Source: Octopus sinensis (Eukaryota). From it: a DNA stretch of 64,000 nucleotides. The DNA is taken from positions 89,466,001 to 89,530,000 of the forward strand of contig NC_043002.1 of assembly GCF_006345805.1 (NCBI RefSeq). The letters run 5' to 3'. Below are positions 24,951 to 39,098 of the stretch, piece after piece (the first letter of the stretch is position 1; each line of letters starts with the position of its first letter). Below the pieces are notes generated by a model, which saw nothing but the letters and a program-made list of their open reading frames with translations, had not been told where the DNA came from and did not search any database. Made by a program: the position numbers and the translations under genes.

Positions 24951-26177
24951 ACAGAATAGCATTTCTACCTGCATCTCAAGAAAACTGATCTGATATTTTA
25001 AACCTTGATCTACTGATTGATTATAAGTCTCCCTCGGTCTAACATGTATTTCTCCAATTGACATAATACCCAGTGTTATTGTTGTTTAACTCCAGATCAT
25101 TTAATTATAAGTCCATAATTAAAGGGGTTCCAGCCAAGACCATTCTGTCTTATCAGATTTATACTTCCCTTTTCCAAGACAGAAGAGTGATGTGAGGGAA
25201 ATTTGACTGCTGTTTATAGTAAGCCATGCAAACCCATCAAGAGTTGAAGGCCCAAAGCAAGGCAATATGTGAGTGTGTGTGTCTGCAGCAGCATTATTGT
25301 TTTAACATCCACTTTTCCATGCTTGCATGGGTCATGGAAGTCACTGAGAGATTTTCTACAACTGATGCCCTTCCTGTTACCAACACACCTGTTTTCAAGC
25401 AAGGAAATATTTCCCCATAGCCAGACAAGTTTTCATGGAAGACTGGAGATTAGTCTCTACTTGTATGATGGTGATGCTCATTTATAACTATCCTATGATG
25501 TCAAAACAAAACAAGGACACACATACACACCTATTTCACTTTCCATCTACCAAACCCACTCACAACTCTACTATTGTTCTGGACTGACCAAAGCCTGTAG
25601 TTATAGAAGATACTTGCCCAGGATAACAAGCAGTGGCACTGAACTCAAAACCAAGTGGTTGGGAAGCAAACTTTTTAACCACACAGCCATGCTTATGCCT
25701 ATACACACACATCATTATCATTACCAATTTACATTGTTTTCCATCCAGGGATGGGTTGCAGTAGTTCATTGTTTCATTTTAGCTTAGTCCCTGCTTTCTG
25801 TCATCAACTACTTTGCAAGATGTATTGAATGCATTCTATCATGGCACCAGCACTTTAAAGGTTACACTGTCTTAGACAGGCCAAGGCAAAAGAGTCCCCT
25901 TAACTCTATGATGTCCCCACTTGTCTGCCAACCACTTTATAGAATGCATTTTATTTTACATTTTACTGTGGCACCAGCACAAGAGAAGTTACCTTAACAT
26001 GCGAGACAAAAGGGGTACTCACTTTTTTACATTGTCTTCAATCAGTCAGAATGTGACTAACAAAGTATATAAAAGTGAAGGTGATTGCAGAAGATGAACT
26101 AGAGTGAGAAGGAGATGAAGAGGGAATATGAAAGGAGAAACCAAGTTATTGAGATGATAGTGTAGAAGAAGAGGAAG

Positions 26178-26184
<7 letters not shown>

Positions 26185-26243
<59 letters not shown>
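26185..26243. repeat. (GA)n microsatellite
   Basis: Direct reading. Confidence 0.95.
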
Positions 26244-26246
<3 letters not shown>

Positions 26247-29200
26247 GAATAATGAAGAAAGACAGTAAAAGAAGGCCCTGTGTAGAGACACTAATGGCAG
26301 TCACATGTTTACAGGTAAAAGACAGAGGGTAAGTGATGGGTGGCTGAAGAAATTGTCAGTGAAAAGGAAGTGTGATGGCTGTCATAAATGATTGACATGG
26401 AGAAGAGGGAATGGCAAGTAGGGTATAGAAAGGTAATGTTAGTTGGTAAAATAGAACATGACTGGTGGACGTCCCCAAGAGATGACAATAAAAACAGAGT
26501 AACCTGAAAGTGGGGTGGAAGGGGTTGTAAGAGGAGACTGCATAGGTTGGATAAATGGGGAGGGGACCAGATACAAATAAATCTTATGCACTTCCTTGTA
26601 ACAAAGGTCTTGTAATGGTAGGGAAATACTTGTGGCAGCCATATGTGTGTTGATTGAGAGGAAGGGCAAATGAGTGGCATGGTGCAGTGAATAGTAGAGG
26701 GGACAATACAGAGAAGAGGTTATTGAATAGGCAAGAGGAGCAGCAGGTGGAGACATACGGGGAACAAGATGAGTGAAAGGTTCAAAGGTAGCTCCTAGAT
26801 ATATCCCACCCCCTGTCACTACCTCCATTTTAACAGACTCACCACATTAGTGAGTTATGGCTCCCGACTCATATAAGAGGTTAATAACACCAAATAAGAA
26901 TTGAATTGAGATGATCTGCCCGAACCATGCCAGCATGGAAAAGCTGACGCAAGATGATAACACAACACAAATACAAACAACACAATATATATAGCATGTA
27001 CATACACAAACGCATCTATGCACAGAAATGAGACCAAAATGGTGTGTACGTGTATGCTATTATCCAGGTCAGTCCTACTCGAAAAACTAAGAAAGTCGTT
27101 CCAGTGGTGACCATTCCGTCTTTTGAAGTATGGTGTATACAGGACTGCCTAGCTCAAGGTGTTCTTCTTTCGTTAAGCGACAGAATAATTTGAGATTTGG
27201 CGACTATTTCCAGCACACCAAACGACCCGCGTACGGATTTAGCTTCTATTTCTAGCTCAACATCGTATGTGTCTATCTATATACATACGTCTATTACAAA
27301 TGATATTAAACAATGATATGGTAGATTATTTGTATATTGTACAACAGAGATTTGAATCCCAGAAACATTTTTTTCTCTCATTTAGATTTTTAAAAATCTT
27401 TACTGATATAGTTCTCAAGATTAAAAACAAGCTTCGGAGTTAATGACATAATTTAGAACAGATAATCGAGTACTTCTTTAGAATAATTATGTCGCCCAAA
27501 CGTCTTTTTATTACTATGATTTATTACGTGTAATAACCAAAGAAAGGTGAACGGATACTTTATAACAGGACACTAAACATTTAGTTCATATCCACCAGCA
27601 TCCCAATGCCCGTTGTACGTGGATAGGAAGTTACAATAGTCTTCCGGGTGGTGCGTGTAAGGGAAGAAAAATTCTTTCCAAGCAGTTTCTCAAACAGTCG
27701 CTAACTCTCACGAGGATAAAGTGGTGGTTATAAAAGAGATGTCTAGATTTCACTTAAGCGATATCTTGAAACTCCCAATCCAGGCTGCCTAAGTAAAAAT
27801 AATTTCTTACTTAAGCAGACAAGGTTTCAAATTTAAAGGAAAGATGTTGTGATGCTTACGCCTTTTCCGGGATACTTAAACGCTAACCAAGACAAGTGCA
27901 ATGACCAAGGGAAGTTATGAACATTAAAGATAATAATAAGCGAAGGGAGGGATGTTATTTTGACACTATCTCCAATTGGAAGTGATGTTTAATTTTTCTA
28001 TTTCATACAAGTTTATATTTTATCGTAATTTCTTGAAAAGCTCTATTAAAATTAACATCATTCAATAAAATTAAAATTACGAAACCATTAGAAATATATA
28101 AAAATTAAAGATGAAAAAAATTAACGATGCTCACATGTAAGAAATATACTTGAATTTACAGTTTCTTTAACGCAAATTCTTCTGGGACAGTAATCCAAGC
28201 TACAGAAATAGCAGAAATAAAATAGAGTAATAATAATGATCAATAAATAAACAAAATTTTCAAAAAATACCCTAGCGTATTTTAAATCACGTTTCTCTAA
28301 TAAGCTGCATGAAGGATTTAGTAGAGATAAGTACTATAATTGATCTTTCTCAACAAGTCTTTAGTGGTAAACAAATCTTACATCAGATTGAGAGCGATTT
28401 TTTTTATTTTTATCATGGATCAAATGTGAATACTATAGTTTCATAGTTTATTATACACACCTACATAGAAACGTGTGTGTGTGTGTTGTGTGTATATATA
28501 TATATATATATATAGATATATATATATATAGATAGATATATAGATATATATAGATATATATATAGATTTATATATATATATAGGTTCCTACATATGCACG
28601 TATACAATATATCCATTTATCACTGTAGGCATAATAGGAGAGAGAGAGAGAGAGAATGCAAGAAAGTTAATTGAATTTCAAATTAGAGATTCTACTGATT
28701 ACAGCAGACAAAGGTAAGAAACAAAAGAGAACATCGATTAACAATAAACAATGTCGCTGTAAAGAGATAACAAATGTAACTGACAACTATTTATCCGTGG
28801 ACAAAAACAGGAGGATAGGGAGGGTAACTAAAGCCGATTAACAGTAAACACCAGAATAGTTTCGGCTGATTTATAATGTCACTCATAAGACATATTTATT
28901 CATTTACTAGTGAAGTTATAATTCACCAGAATATATAAATCTAGAATCTTAGAATTTCAATTTCAAAAAAATTATTTTTAAAGAAAGATAAAGAAAAAAA
29001 ATAATTGCTACAAGAAAAATAATTACATTTGATGAAATTAAAAAAAAAAAATCTTGTTAATGCTTGTACTTTTTAGAAAAAGGAAAGGATTAAAGATGAA
29101 ATAATCATAAATACCACTTAAATGCGGATGGAATCAGTCAACAGCTCTGGATCTCATATTAATAAAAGATTTTTGGCTGGAATTTGAAATGCTGGACGCA

Positions 29201-30510
29201 GAGTAAGTATTCCGACATAACACAATCAATTGAACTTCTAACAGACCGGTGTAACCGGTGCTGTGTAAACGATAAAACATATGTTGGGTAGTAAATACAC
29301 GGGTGTATTTCTCAAGTATCCCTTTACTTAAAAGTAGGTAAAACACCTAGTGTTCGAAAGCATGTTCCAATGTAGTCACTCATACAAAGAAAAAAAGTGC
29401 AAGAAAGTAAAAATTCTGTTGTGTCCAGTGTATACAGGACTAACTCTTACATATGGTTAGCTTTCACTTACTTTATCACATGGTTGTCAGATTATTCTCG
29501 ATTGAGAAACCCGTGATGGTCCTTTTTCTCCACCTCATGGTTTCTTCCCACACCCATGTACTATAAATTTCCCGGCTGGAGTATAAAATTAGTTCATTCA
29601 TGGTATATAGTGTTGTATTTGAATTCGCTTTCATTTTGTTTAGTTTATTTTCCAGCGACTTTTAAAAAGTATCAAAGAATAAGATGAAGGTTATATTTAA
29701 TGGACTTGTTTTTGTTCTTTAAGTATGGGTCCTTTCAGTAATTCTTCCATGTCTTAGGAATTAACGACTGATATAGAAAAACTATGATTTGAAATAACAG
29801 TACAGATGATCTATAAGGTTTTTACTAATTTTAGTAGTTTCGATAAGTATATATATATATATATAAACATACACACGCACTTATATATTATTGTTGTTGT
29901 TGCTTGCTATATTCTGGGGTTTCGTGAGATCAAGGTTAATAATGTTCCTCTGAATTGTAGCATTTAGACAGCTGATGGACAGACATAGACCGAGAGGGAA
30001 TTCCAGTGGGGTAATATTTAGGGACATACTGGTTAGGGCAGGATTCGAGGGAATAACACACTATATACGTTGGTCGGGAATGTCCGAGTAGAAGTGTCAT
30101 GAGACTAAAAGCTCTGAGGGACAAAGGCCATTGTAGTAGTAGTAGTAGAAAAAGCTAGAGGGAGAAAACTGAAGTGTGTTGTCATTCAGTTGGGTGACCT
30201 TTCATGAGGATGTGGTTTTGGATGTCTGGATGTTTAAGTAGTATACCATTGTAGGTCTCACTTTAGGACTGGAAAGAGTTTCTATCGCTGGGGCCGAAGT
30301 ACTCTCATGACCCAAAATAGGATTATTGAATAAATTAATATTTTATTAGCCTGAAATACTAAATTTATTGAATTCAGTCTCATTGTATAACACCTTGGAC
30401 TGACCCAAGCCTTGTGAGTGAATTTACTAAACGGAAATTGAAAGAAGCCTAACACCCCCCTACACCCACACACAAGCTTAGATAGAAACAATTAGAAGCA
30501 TCAAATTGCT

Positions 30511-33024
30511 GGAGGAGGTGATGAAAGTTACAGTGGGTCATAGTTCAACTAATTAGGAAGAGAGCTAGCCTAGATGAGATGCAGTTTGGTTTTGTGCCAG
30601 AGGGAAGCACTACTGATGTTATCTGCCTGATAATGCAACTTCAGGAAAAGCATTTAGCTAAAAATAAACTGCTGGAGAAAACTTTTGACAGACACCCCAC
30701 TCCTTTATCTGCTGTTCAACGTAGAAGCTAGGGATAGATGAGTAGTTGGCAAGAGCTATAAAGGCCATGTACAGGGATGCTGTCAGTAAGGTGTAAGTCA
30801 GCCATGACTGTAACAACAAATTTAGTGTACACATGGGAGTTCACCAAAGATTGGTTCTCAGCCCCATCTTGTTTATCATAGTAATCCAGAACAGAGAGAA
30901 TTTTAAAACTGCTCTTGAGAGCTTCTCTACTCTGATGACTTTGTTCTTATAGCTGAATCATTACTAGAACTAAAGAAGAAATTTCAGGTGTGGAAGTAAG
31001 ATCTGAAATCCAAAGGCCTTAGAGCTAATTCAGTAACGGCCAAAGTCCTAGTTAGTAGGGAAACAGACAAATCATTAATCTCTTCAAGGAGAAAACCTGC
31101 TCGATATGGTAAGAGGTGCAGTGGTGTTATAGGAAGCTTGGCAGAGAAAGTGGTCTTTGTGTGTGAAAAATGTGCAGGTACAATAAACACAAAGAATGTA
31201 CAGGAAATAGACATCCTCAAATGCCTGGAATAATCGAAATTGAAATAAAATTCGATGACTGGCATCCATGCTAGTGGAGCGCTAAGAGTACCATCCCAGT
31301 GTGATCGTTGCCAGAGCAGCTGACTGGCTTCTGTGCCGATGGCACATAAAAAGCACCATTCGAATGTGATCATCACCAGCGTCGCCTTACTGGCACGTGA
31401 AAAATATTCATGCGAGGTCGTTGCCAGTGCCGCTGGACTGGCTCTTGTGTAGGTGACATGTAAAAAACACCATTTGAGCATGGCCGTTGCCAGTACCACC
31501 TGACTGGCCCTCATGCCGGTGGCACATAAAAGCACTCACTACACTCTCAGAGTGGTTGGCATTAGGAAGGGCATCCAGCTGTAGAAACTCTGCTAGATCA
31601 GATTGGAGCCTGGTGCAGCCATCTGGTTTGCCAGTCCTCAGTCAAATCGTCCAACCCATGCTAGCATGGAAAGCGGATGGTAAACAATGATGATGATGAT
31701 GATGATGATGATCCTTAGAAGTAGTAGATAGCTTCTATCCTCTAGGCAACCAAGTTAGCGGCAGAGGAGGATGTTTTAAGAATGTAGTTGCTAGAATAAG
31801 AATGGGCTGGCCAAATTTCAGCGAGCTACTATCTTTGTTGGTAATAAAGGGCTTCTCCTTCAAAGTGAAAGACAAATTGTATGATGCCTGTATACAAACA
31901 ACCAAGCTACATGAGGGAAACATGGGCTGTGACTGCAGAGAACGTATGAAGGCTTCAAAGAAATGAACCCAGCATGCTCTGCTGGATGTGCAATGTCAAT
32001 GTGTATGTACAATGGGGTGTAAATGTTTTAAGAGAAAAATTGGGTACAAGAGGCATCAGATGTGGTGTACAAGAGAGAAGACTGCATTGGTATGGTCATG
32101 TGATGCATTTAGACGAGAACAGCTGTGTAAAGAAGTGCAAATCTCTAATGATGAGGAAGGAGTAGACCAAGGAAAACATGAGATGAAGTGAGAAATGATC
32201 TTCAGATGTTGAGCCTCACAGAGGAGAGTACAAGTGACTGAGACTTCTGGCAATTTGCTGTGCTTGAGAAGACACATCAAACTAAATGAAATCATTGGTA
32301 TCTCCCCTCCCTCCACATACATGTCTTTTATGGTCTTTTCCCTCCACCTCACACATTCAGTCATCTGACCAATGTCAAAACTCACCCTTCTTCCCAACAC
32401 TTGCTACAGGACCCACCCTTCACTCTCTCTCCCTTGCCTATCTGCACACTCTCCATGCTTTCTCATTCCTACCCCTCCCAGCCACAACAATTTCCCTAAC
32501 CCTCACTTGCTGCAGTTATGTCTTCCTCCGTCTCTAAACAGCTCCTCACACACTTGTGGAACATCTCCCTCTACCCCCTCTGTACTACTTATACCTGCTC
32601 TCACTGTTCACTGTGGATAGGCCCCAATACATCTCCAGCACAATCTGTTTTTCTCTCTCTCTCTCTCTCACTCTGATTGTCTATCTTCCTTTTTAACTTT
32701 CTCCCACCTTCCTTGTCCTACATGGGTAGCCAAGTATTTTCTCTATAGTAAGACAGCTATTATACTTTAACTTCTTGCCTAGCACACAGCCACTTCCCTT
32801 GATTCCACTCCCTCTCTCACCTAAGAGATCTTTGTCTTGAAAATTATTTGGTAACCCTACAGGTGCCAGTGCTACATAAAAAGCACCCAGTACACTCTCT
32901 GAAGTGATTGGCATTAGGAAGGGTGTTCAGTTTAATTAAAGCCTGGTGCAGCTCTTCAGCTTGAAATCTCCTGTCAAACTGTTCCACCCATGCCAGCATG
33001 GAAAATAGACAATAAATGATGATG
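30511..33024 (+). mobile_element. Old 5'-truncated RTE LINE (decayed RT plus long 3'UTR)
   Basis: MQFGFVP..STTD.I...QLQEKHLAKNK, ARIRMGW.KF.ELL.LL, VQERRLHWYGHV remnants colinear with 54882-56497; 3' end ccatgccagcatggaaa...gatgatg at ~33024. Confidence 0.82.
31232..31711 (+). mobile_element. Younger RTE-tail element nested in the old RTE
   Basis: Interrupts the RTE coding remnant (aaatgcctggaat ... tccttagaagtagtagatagc); ends in (GAT)n. Confidence 0.8.
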
Positions 33025-33116
33025 TACATAAACATAAATTGATTTTGTTTTCGATTGATTGATTTATATCATTTTGAGTAGGTAATTAGTCTCAGGTCAG
33101 ACTCTTTACTTACCTA

Positions 33117-33175
<59 letters not shown>

Positions 33176-33609
33176 GTATACACACACACACACATATATG
33201 TATGTATGTACACACAGTCACTATGAGGATATATAAAACCTCTTATAGGGATAGTTTTATCCAAGTTAAACTGGTTTATTATATATGTGTTTTGTAATTT
33301 GTATAGAGTGTAAACTGAAACAATTGGTGGCAATTTTAATTAATTAATAAATTAATTTATATCCATTAAATCTCTCCATTTTCTTATTTCATAATATAAG
33401 TATATATTTACGTATGTATGTATGTATGTATATCACCATCAAGCCTTATTGTTTCCCCGTTTATTATCGTTGTCTTTCGTCTCAAATGCTAGCTGAAGCA
33501 TTTCTCCACAACATATAAACTTATTCACACGACCGCAAAGCATTTCATCTCAAATCTTGTCTTTCTGTCGCTTAAATCTCTACTCCATCTTTCCCAGTGC
33601 GAGGCAACT

Positions 33610-34170
33610 AGTGAGGCCATAACCCGTGGCCCCTACCTAAGACGTAGTCAGTCCACCTGTGCATACCTTCCTTCTTGTGACACTTGTGAAGACCTGTTGA
33701 GGCAAGTGAAAATCAAAAAATCAAAATCAAACCAAAGTCAAACCAAATCAAAATAGATGAACATCAATGGAATTTGTATCTTTGTGGTACCAGTGCCGGT
33801 GGCACATAAGAAAACCATCTGAACGTGGCCGTAGCCAGTACCGCATCGACTGGCCTCCGTGCTGTGAGCACGTAACAAACACCATCCGATCGTGGCCATT
33901 CGCCAGCCTCGTTTGGCACCTGTATTGGTGGCACATAAAAAACACCATCCGAGCGCGGCCGTCTGCCAGCCTCGTCTGGCACCTGTGTCGGTGGCACATA
34001 AAATCACTCACTACACTCTCGGAGTGGTTGGCGTTAGGAAGGGCATCCAGCTGTAGAAACACTGCCAGATCTGACTGGCCTGGTGCAGCCTTCGGGCTCT
34101 CCAGACCCCAGTTGAACCGTCCAATCCATGCTAGCATGGAAAGCGGACGTTAAATGATGATGATGATGAT
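33610..34170 (+). mobile_element. RTE 3'UTR-only copy
   Basis: Starts at the RT stop region (caactagtgaggccataacccgtggcc), ends ggacgttaaatgatgatgatgat. Confidence 0.85.
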
Positions 34171-34171
34171 A

Positions 34172-35790
34172 TACCTCCATTCACTACAAACACACAGACT
34201 CACACTCATACCTAAACTTCTCTTCCTCCCACCGCAAACACACTAAGCTTTCCATCTCCTATTCCCAATTCCTCCGTCTACGTAGGCTCTGTAGTGACAA
34301 CCATGACTTTGAGACTCAGTCTCAACTCATGGCTCGCCACTTCATCCTATGTGGATATCCCCTCACCACTATCCACACCACCCTTGACAGAGCACGTTCC
34401 GTAGACCGTGCATCTGCGCTCTCCCCCCGAACCCGCCCTGCAGTCTCCCGCCTCCCTTTTCCCCCTCACCACCTCACCACCCTACCTCTCCAACACACCA
34501 TTCTTCGAGCTTTCCGGCATCTCCAGTCTGACCCATCCACTTCACATCTCTTCCCTAACTGACCCCTCCCCTCTTTCAAACGAGCCCATAACCTACGAGA
34601 CCTCTTGGTCCACAGCTTCTTCCCTGACCCTACCTCTCAACCTAGCTCGTTCCCCTGCTCCCGCCCATGTTGCCGCACTTGCCCTTACCTCTCCAACACC
34701 ACCCTCCTCACTGGCACCCATCATTGACCCTATCGCATCCTCAACTCCTTCACCTGCACCTCCAGCAATATCATCAATTGCATCTCCTGCTCTCTCTGCC
34801 ATTCACTGTACATCGGACAAATGGGACGCCGCTTGGCTGACCGGTTCGTGGAACACCTCTGAGACATCCGCCTTGCCAACGATACACCGGCCTCACGCCA
34901 TTTCCGCTCCACCGGTCACTCCTTGGAACACCTGTCTGTGTTCGGATTGTCCTTGCACAGAGGCCATTCGGATTCCCATTTGCGCCGTGAACAGGGATTA
35001 ATCTTCTCTCTTCGCTCTTTCATGCCATTTGGTCTCAACTCTCCCCCCCTTTTCATCTATCCCCCCCGACTCCTACTTCTCTTCAGTCCTTCATCTTTTC
35101 ACCCCTACTCTCTTTCCCTTCTTCCCTCTTCTTTCTTCTTCCCTCTTCCCCCTCTCTCTTTCTCTCGTCTCCCTCACTTCCTTTCTCTTCCCCTCCTCCT
35201 ACTCTCCCTCTCCCCTCCTCTTCATCTCCCTCTCCTCTCCTTCTCCTCCCCTTCCCCTTTCTTCTCCTCCTCTCCTTCTTTCTCCTCCCCTCCCCCTTCT
35301 CCTCCCCTCCCCCCTTCTCTTCTCCCCCCTCCCCCATCTCTTCTCTCTCCTCCTCCTTCTCCCCCTCTCACTCTCCCCCACACCACACTACACCATACGA
35401 CATTACACATCACATCATACATACATACACACATCCAAACCACCAGCCCTCTTCCACATGCACATACATACTCTCTTATGCACACACGCACCTTCAGGTT
35501 GGAGCGAGGTCACTTGACCCTGTTATCTCCCCTACTATCCCTCTAGTGTCTAACGTTTGACCTCCGATCTCTGACTTCTGAAATCAGAACGCCATGTTGA
35601 ATCATTAGCCCCTACACACAATTTTTTTCTCTCCTTGTTTCTTTTCTGTGTATCTTTCTGTCGAAGAGCATAGGCTTGAAACGTAAAAGACTTGTTTTAT
35701 TTCTATTCCTGAGCGCCATACTAATACATTATTTGTTTGTACTCCACCTGCCTTCGTCTTTTGTTTATTTTCATAAACCTTCCCGTTATA
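34172..35790 (+). mobile_element. Penelope-like element (RT thumb, GIY-YIG, pLTR), 5'-truncated
   Basis: TSIHYKHTDSHSYLNFSSSH...SISYSQFLRLRRLCS, FKRAHNLRDLLVHS, C.RPCCRTC, NCISCSLCHSLYIGQMGRRLADRFVEHL, HFRSTGHS...GLN; a few stops. Confidence 0.92.
35653..35690 (+). ncRNA. Minimal type I hammerhead variant in the pLTR
   Basis: TCTTT-CTGTCGA-A-GAGC atag GCTT-GAAA-CG-TA-AAAGA. Stem I 5 bp, stem II 4 bp, palindromic ACGT stem III; core A6 is replaced by U. Confidence 0.6.
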
Positions 35791-35846
35791 CATATATATA
35801 CATATATTTAACGTCATTTAACGTCCGCTTTCCATGCTAGCATGGG

Positions 35847-35879
<33 letters not shown>

Positions 35880-35883
<4 letters not shown>

Positions 35884-36400
35884 ACTGCTGTTGGTATAAG
35901 GCTTGCACTTGCCTAAGATCTTCCAATGGATGTTGTAACTGACACCTTTATCTTTTAAGGACCATATATGACTGGATAATTTGGTCGTTTTCCTTTTATC
36001 CCAGTGCCTGAAGCTCAAGGTGTGATTATTGAACCAGATCTTGAAATTACCCTCTGTAAGGCCCACGTATTTCTTCGTCGAAACCATGTCCTTAGTAGAT
36101 ATAGAGTCCATGGTGGCTTCATAAATGATGGTCTCAGACATACAAGCTCCATTTAGCAGGCACAAACTTTTATCCTTGCATGAACAGCAGGTTTCATTTT
36201 GTGGATTGCTATGAGCATTTTTACTTTTTCACCTTTTACTCCCTCCCCTTATTTAGCGGTCATTCTAATAGCTCTTTTGTTTTAATATTGGTCAATTACA
36301 TAGTAATTTCACTTTGTTTAATGGTCATTTTCGTAGCATAACTGAAGAGATGCCGGTGTGGTTTTCTGCCCTGACATCTGAAACTCAGAGTTTTATCATG
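35880..36400 (-). mobile_element. Penelope-like GIY-YIG endonuclease fragment
   Basis: CSCKDKSLCLLNGACMSETIIYEA...KKYVGLTEGNFK..FNNH..SF...TKLSSHIWSLKD..V.YNI.WKIL.KC.PY (ORF 35818-36165). Confidence 0.9.
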
Positions 36401-36489
36401 GCTGCCAAATAATTGTCACATATTATATTTACAGATATATATATATATATATAATATATATATATATATATACACACATATATATATAT

Positions 36490-36776
36490 GTGGAGGCACA
36501 TGGCCTAGTGGTTAGAGCAGTGGTCTCGCAAGTTCGAATCTCAGACCAGGCGATGTGTGTGTTTATGAGCAAAACACCTAAGCTCCACACAGCTTCGGCA
36601 GAAGGTAATGGCAGACTTCTGCTGACTCTTTCGCCGTAACTTTCTCTCACTCTTTCCTCCTGTATCTTGCAGCTCACCTGCGATGGACCGGCGTCCCGTC
36701 CAGGTGGGGAACCTATATGCCAAGGAAATCGGGAAACCGGCCCTATGAACCAGGTGTGGCTCGAGAAGGAACAAAC
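36490..36776 (+). mobile_element. tRNA-derived SINE (family of 17340-17644)
   Basis: ggaggcacatggcctagtggttagagc...gttcgaatctcagacc...cacctgcgatggaccggcgtcccgtccaggtgggg. Confidence 0.85.
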
Positions 36777-37238
36777 ATATATGTGTATGTGTGTGTGTTG
36801 TATTTAGGAATGGTCATTTTGCCAGTTTAGCCAATACAAACACATGCACTATATACTTGGTGTTAATTTGCTTCAGCTTTATTTATTTTTTACATTAATC
36901 TTAATCTTATTTTGGCCAGAGTTCTTTCGTCACACTTCTGTGACCTCATCAGAGGTCCTTTGCTTTCTTCTTTTTATTTGTGTGTCTCTCCTTACTCATG
37001 GTCAGCCATTTTGTATTCCTATTGTATGTGTCTTTATTTGCGCATGCATATACCTTTATGTGTGTCTATGTTTAGTTAGTGTGTGTGTGTGGGGGGGAAG
37101 TGCCTGTAATATTTGTATCTCCTGTTTATACACTTTTGTGTAATTTGTTTTTGTTTATTGGCTAAACTGGCAAAATGACCATTCCTAAATACAACAACAT
37201 CTGTTTCAACACACGATTTCACATCAAGAATCTTGCAA

Positions 37239-37870
<632 letters not shown>

Positions 37871-38049
37871 TTAGTTAGAACGCATGTGAAAAATCGGCTT
37901 GCGGAAGACAGGGAAGTCGGTCTATGCTTGTGGAAGGCACGGAGCTGAAAGAAAGTTTTTAGTAGCGCTCTGGTCAACGAACCAGAGAGAGGAGGAGGAG
38001 GAGAGAGAGAGAAATATGCATATATTTTATTTATTTATTATATTGTTAT

Positions 38050-38072
<23 letters not shown>

Positions 38073-38081
<9 letters not shown>

Positions 38082-38317
38082 TAAATTAGAGACAAAACCA
38101 CTATTAGGCAAATCAAACAATGAAAGACTTAAGCCAATACATATGATTAATTTATATTATTTAAATATGTAACAAAATTATTAAAAAATATAATTAATAT
38201 CCCACATAATAATTTTGTTACATATTTAAATAATATAAATTAATCATATGTATTGGCTTAAGTCTTTCATTGTTTGATTTGCCTAATAGTGGTTTTGTCT
38301 CTAATTTAATATAATAT
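38073..38317. repeat. Perfect inverted repeat, 110-bp arms, 25-bp spacer
   Basis: 38073-38182 is the reverse complement of 38208-38317 with no mismatch found by eye. Confidence 0.9.
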
Positions 38318-38405
38318 AATATTTTACTATAAAATTGGATTCAATCCTAAATCGGATTTTTCCTGTAAGTTTGGATTTATTCCCTAATATTTATTATTAT
38401 TAATT

Positions 38406-38456
<51 letters not shown>

Positions 38457-39098
38457 CACACACACACACATTGTCTTCTTTCCTCCCTATCATTTTCATA
38501 CTCACCATTTATTTAACCTCAGTTTACCATGTTCTATGTTGTATAATTTAATATAGCCTAAAATTGAAGATTGATTTAAAAGAAATTTTAAATTCTAATT
38601 GTTTAGTGACCTTTGCTTGAAACTTCAGTTCTTTCTACTTTCTTTCTCCAATTCTAATCTTCTTCCAACTGCTTTGTAACCTTCCTCCCACCTATGAGCA
38701 TCTTTTACTTAAACATCTTAATAGCTGAGTGTTAGTGATCTGTATCCACACCATTTGTTTACATATCACACCCCTTCCCCATCATCTCTTTACATATCAT
38801 TTATCCCCTCTTCTCACCATTTCCTTCTTGAACACCAGCTCCTCCTTCTGCATTGGCACTTTCTGCTACCTCACCTCTCCAATTATAACTTTTTCCTCCT
38901 TACTGACCAGCTTACTCTTCCCTTTTTTCATTCTGTTTCTCACTCTTCATTCTTTTATTTTAACCCCTTTCTATACACTTACCAAAACCAATTTCTCTGT
39001 CTTACACACAAGAAGGACAAAAACCCTAAACATTAAAATCAATCTTCACAATAACTGGGCTTAATTGAACCCTTCTGTATTTTTGCTTATTTCCTTAA

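Noticed and set aside
26300-26830. Minus-strand ORFs possibly from an old retroelement
   Set aside because: Only a vague resemblance to the Penelope element at 34 kb and no diagnostic motif, so it was left unannotated.
34923-35546. Pro/Ser/Leu-rich and Gly/Glu/Arg-rich ORFs
   Set aside because: They are translations of a low-complexity C/T tract within the Penelope element.
36914-36958. Minus-strand CTGATGA-G-GTCAC/GTGAC-GAAA hammerhead-like motif
   Set aside because: Stem II and core look right, but the cleavage triplet would end in G, stem III is imperfect and stem I does not pair. At best it is a dead remnant.
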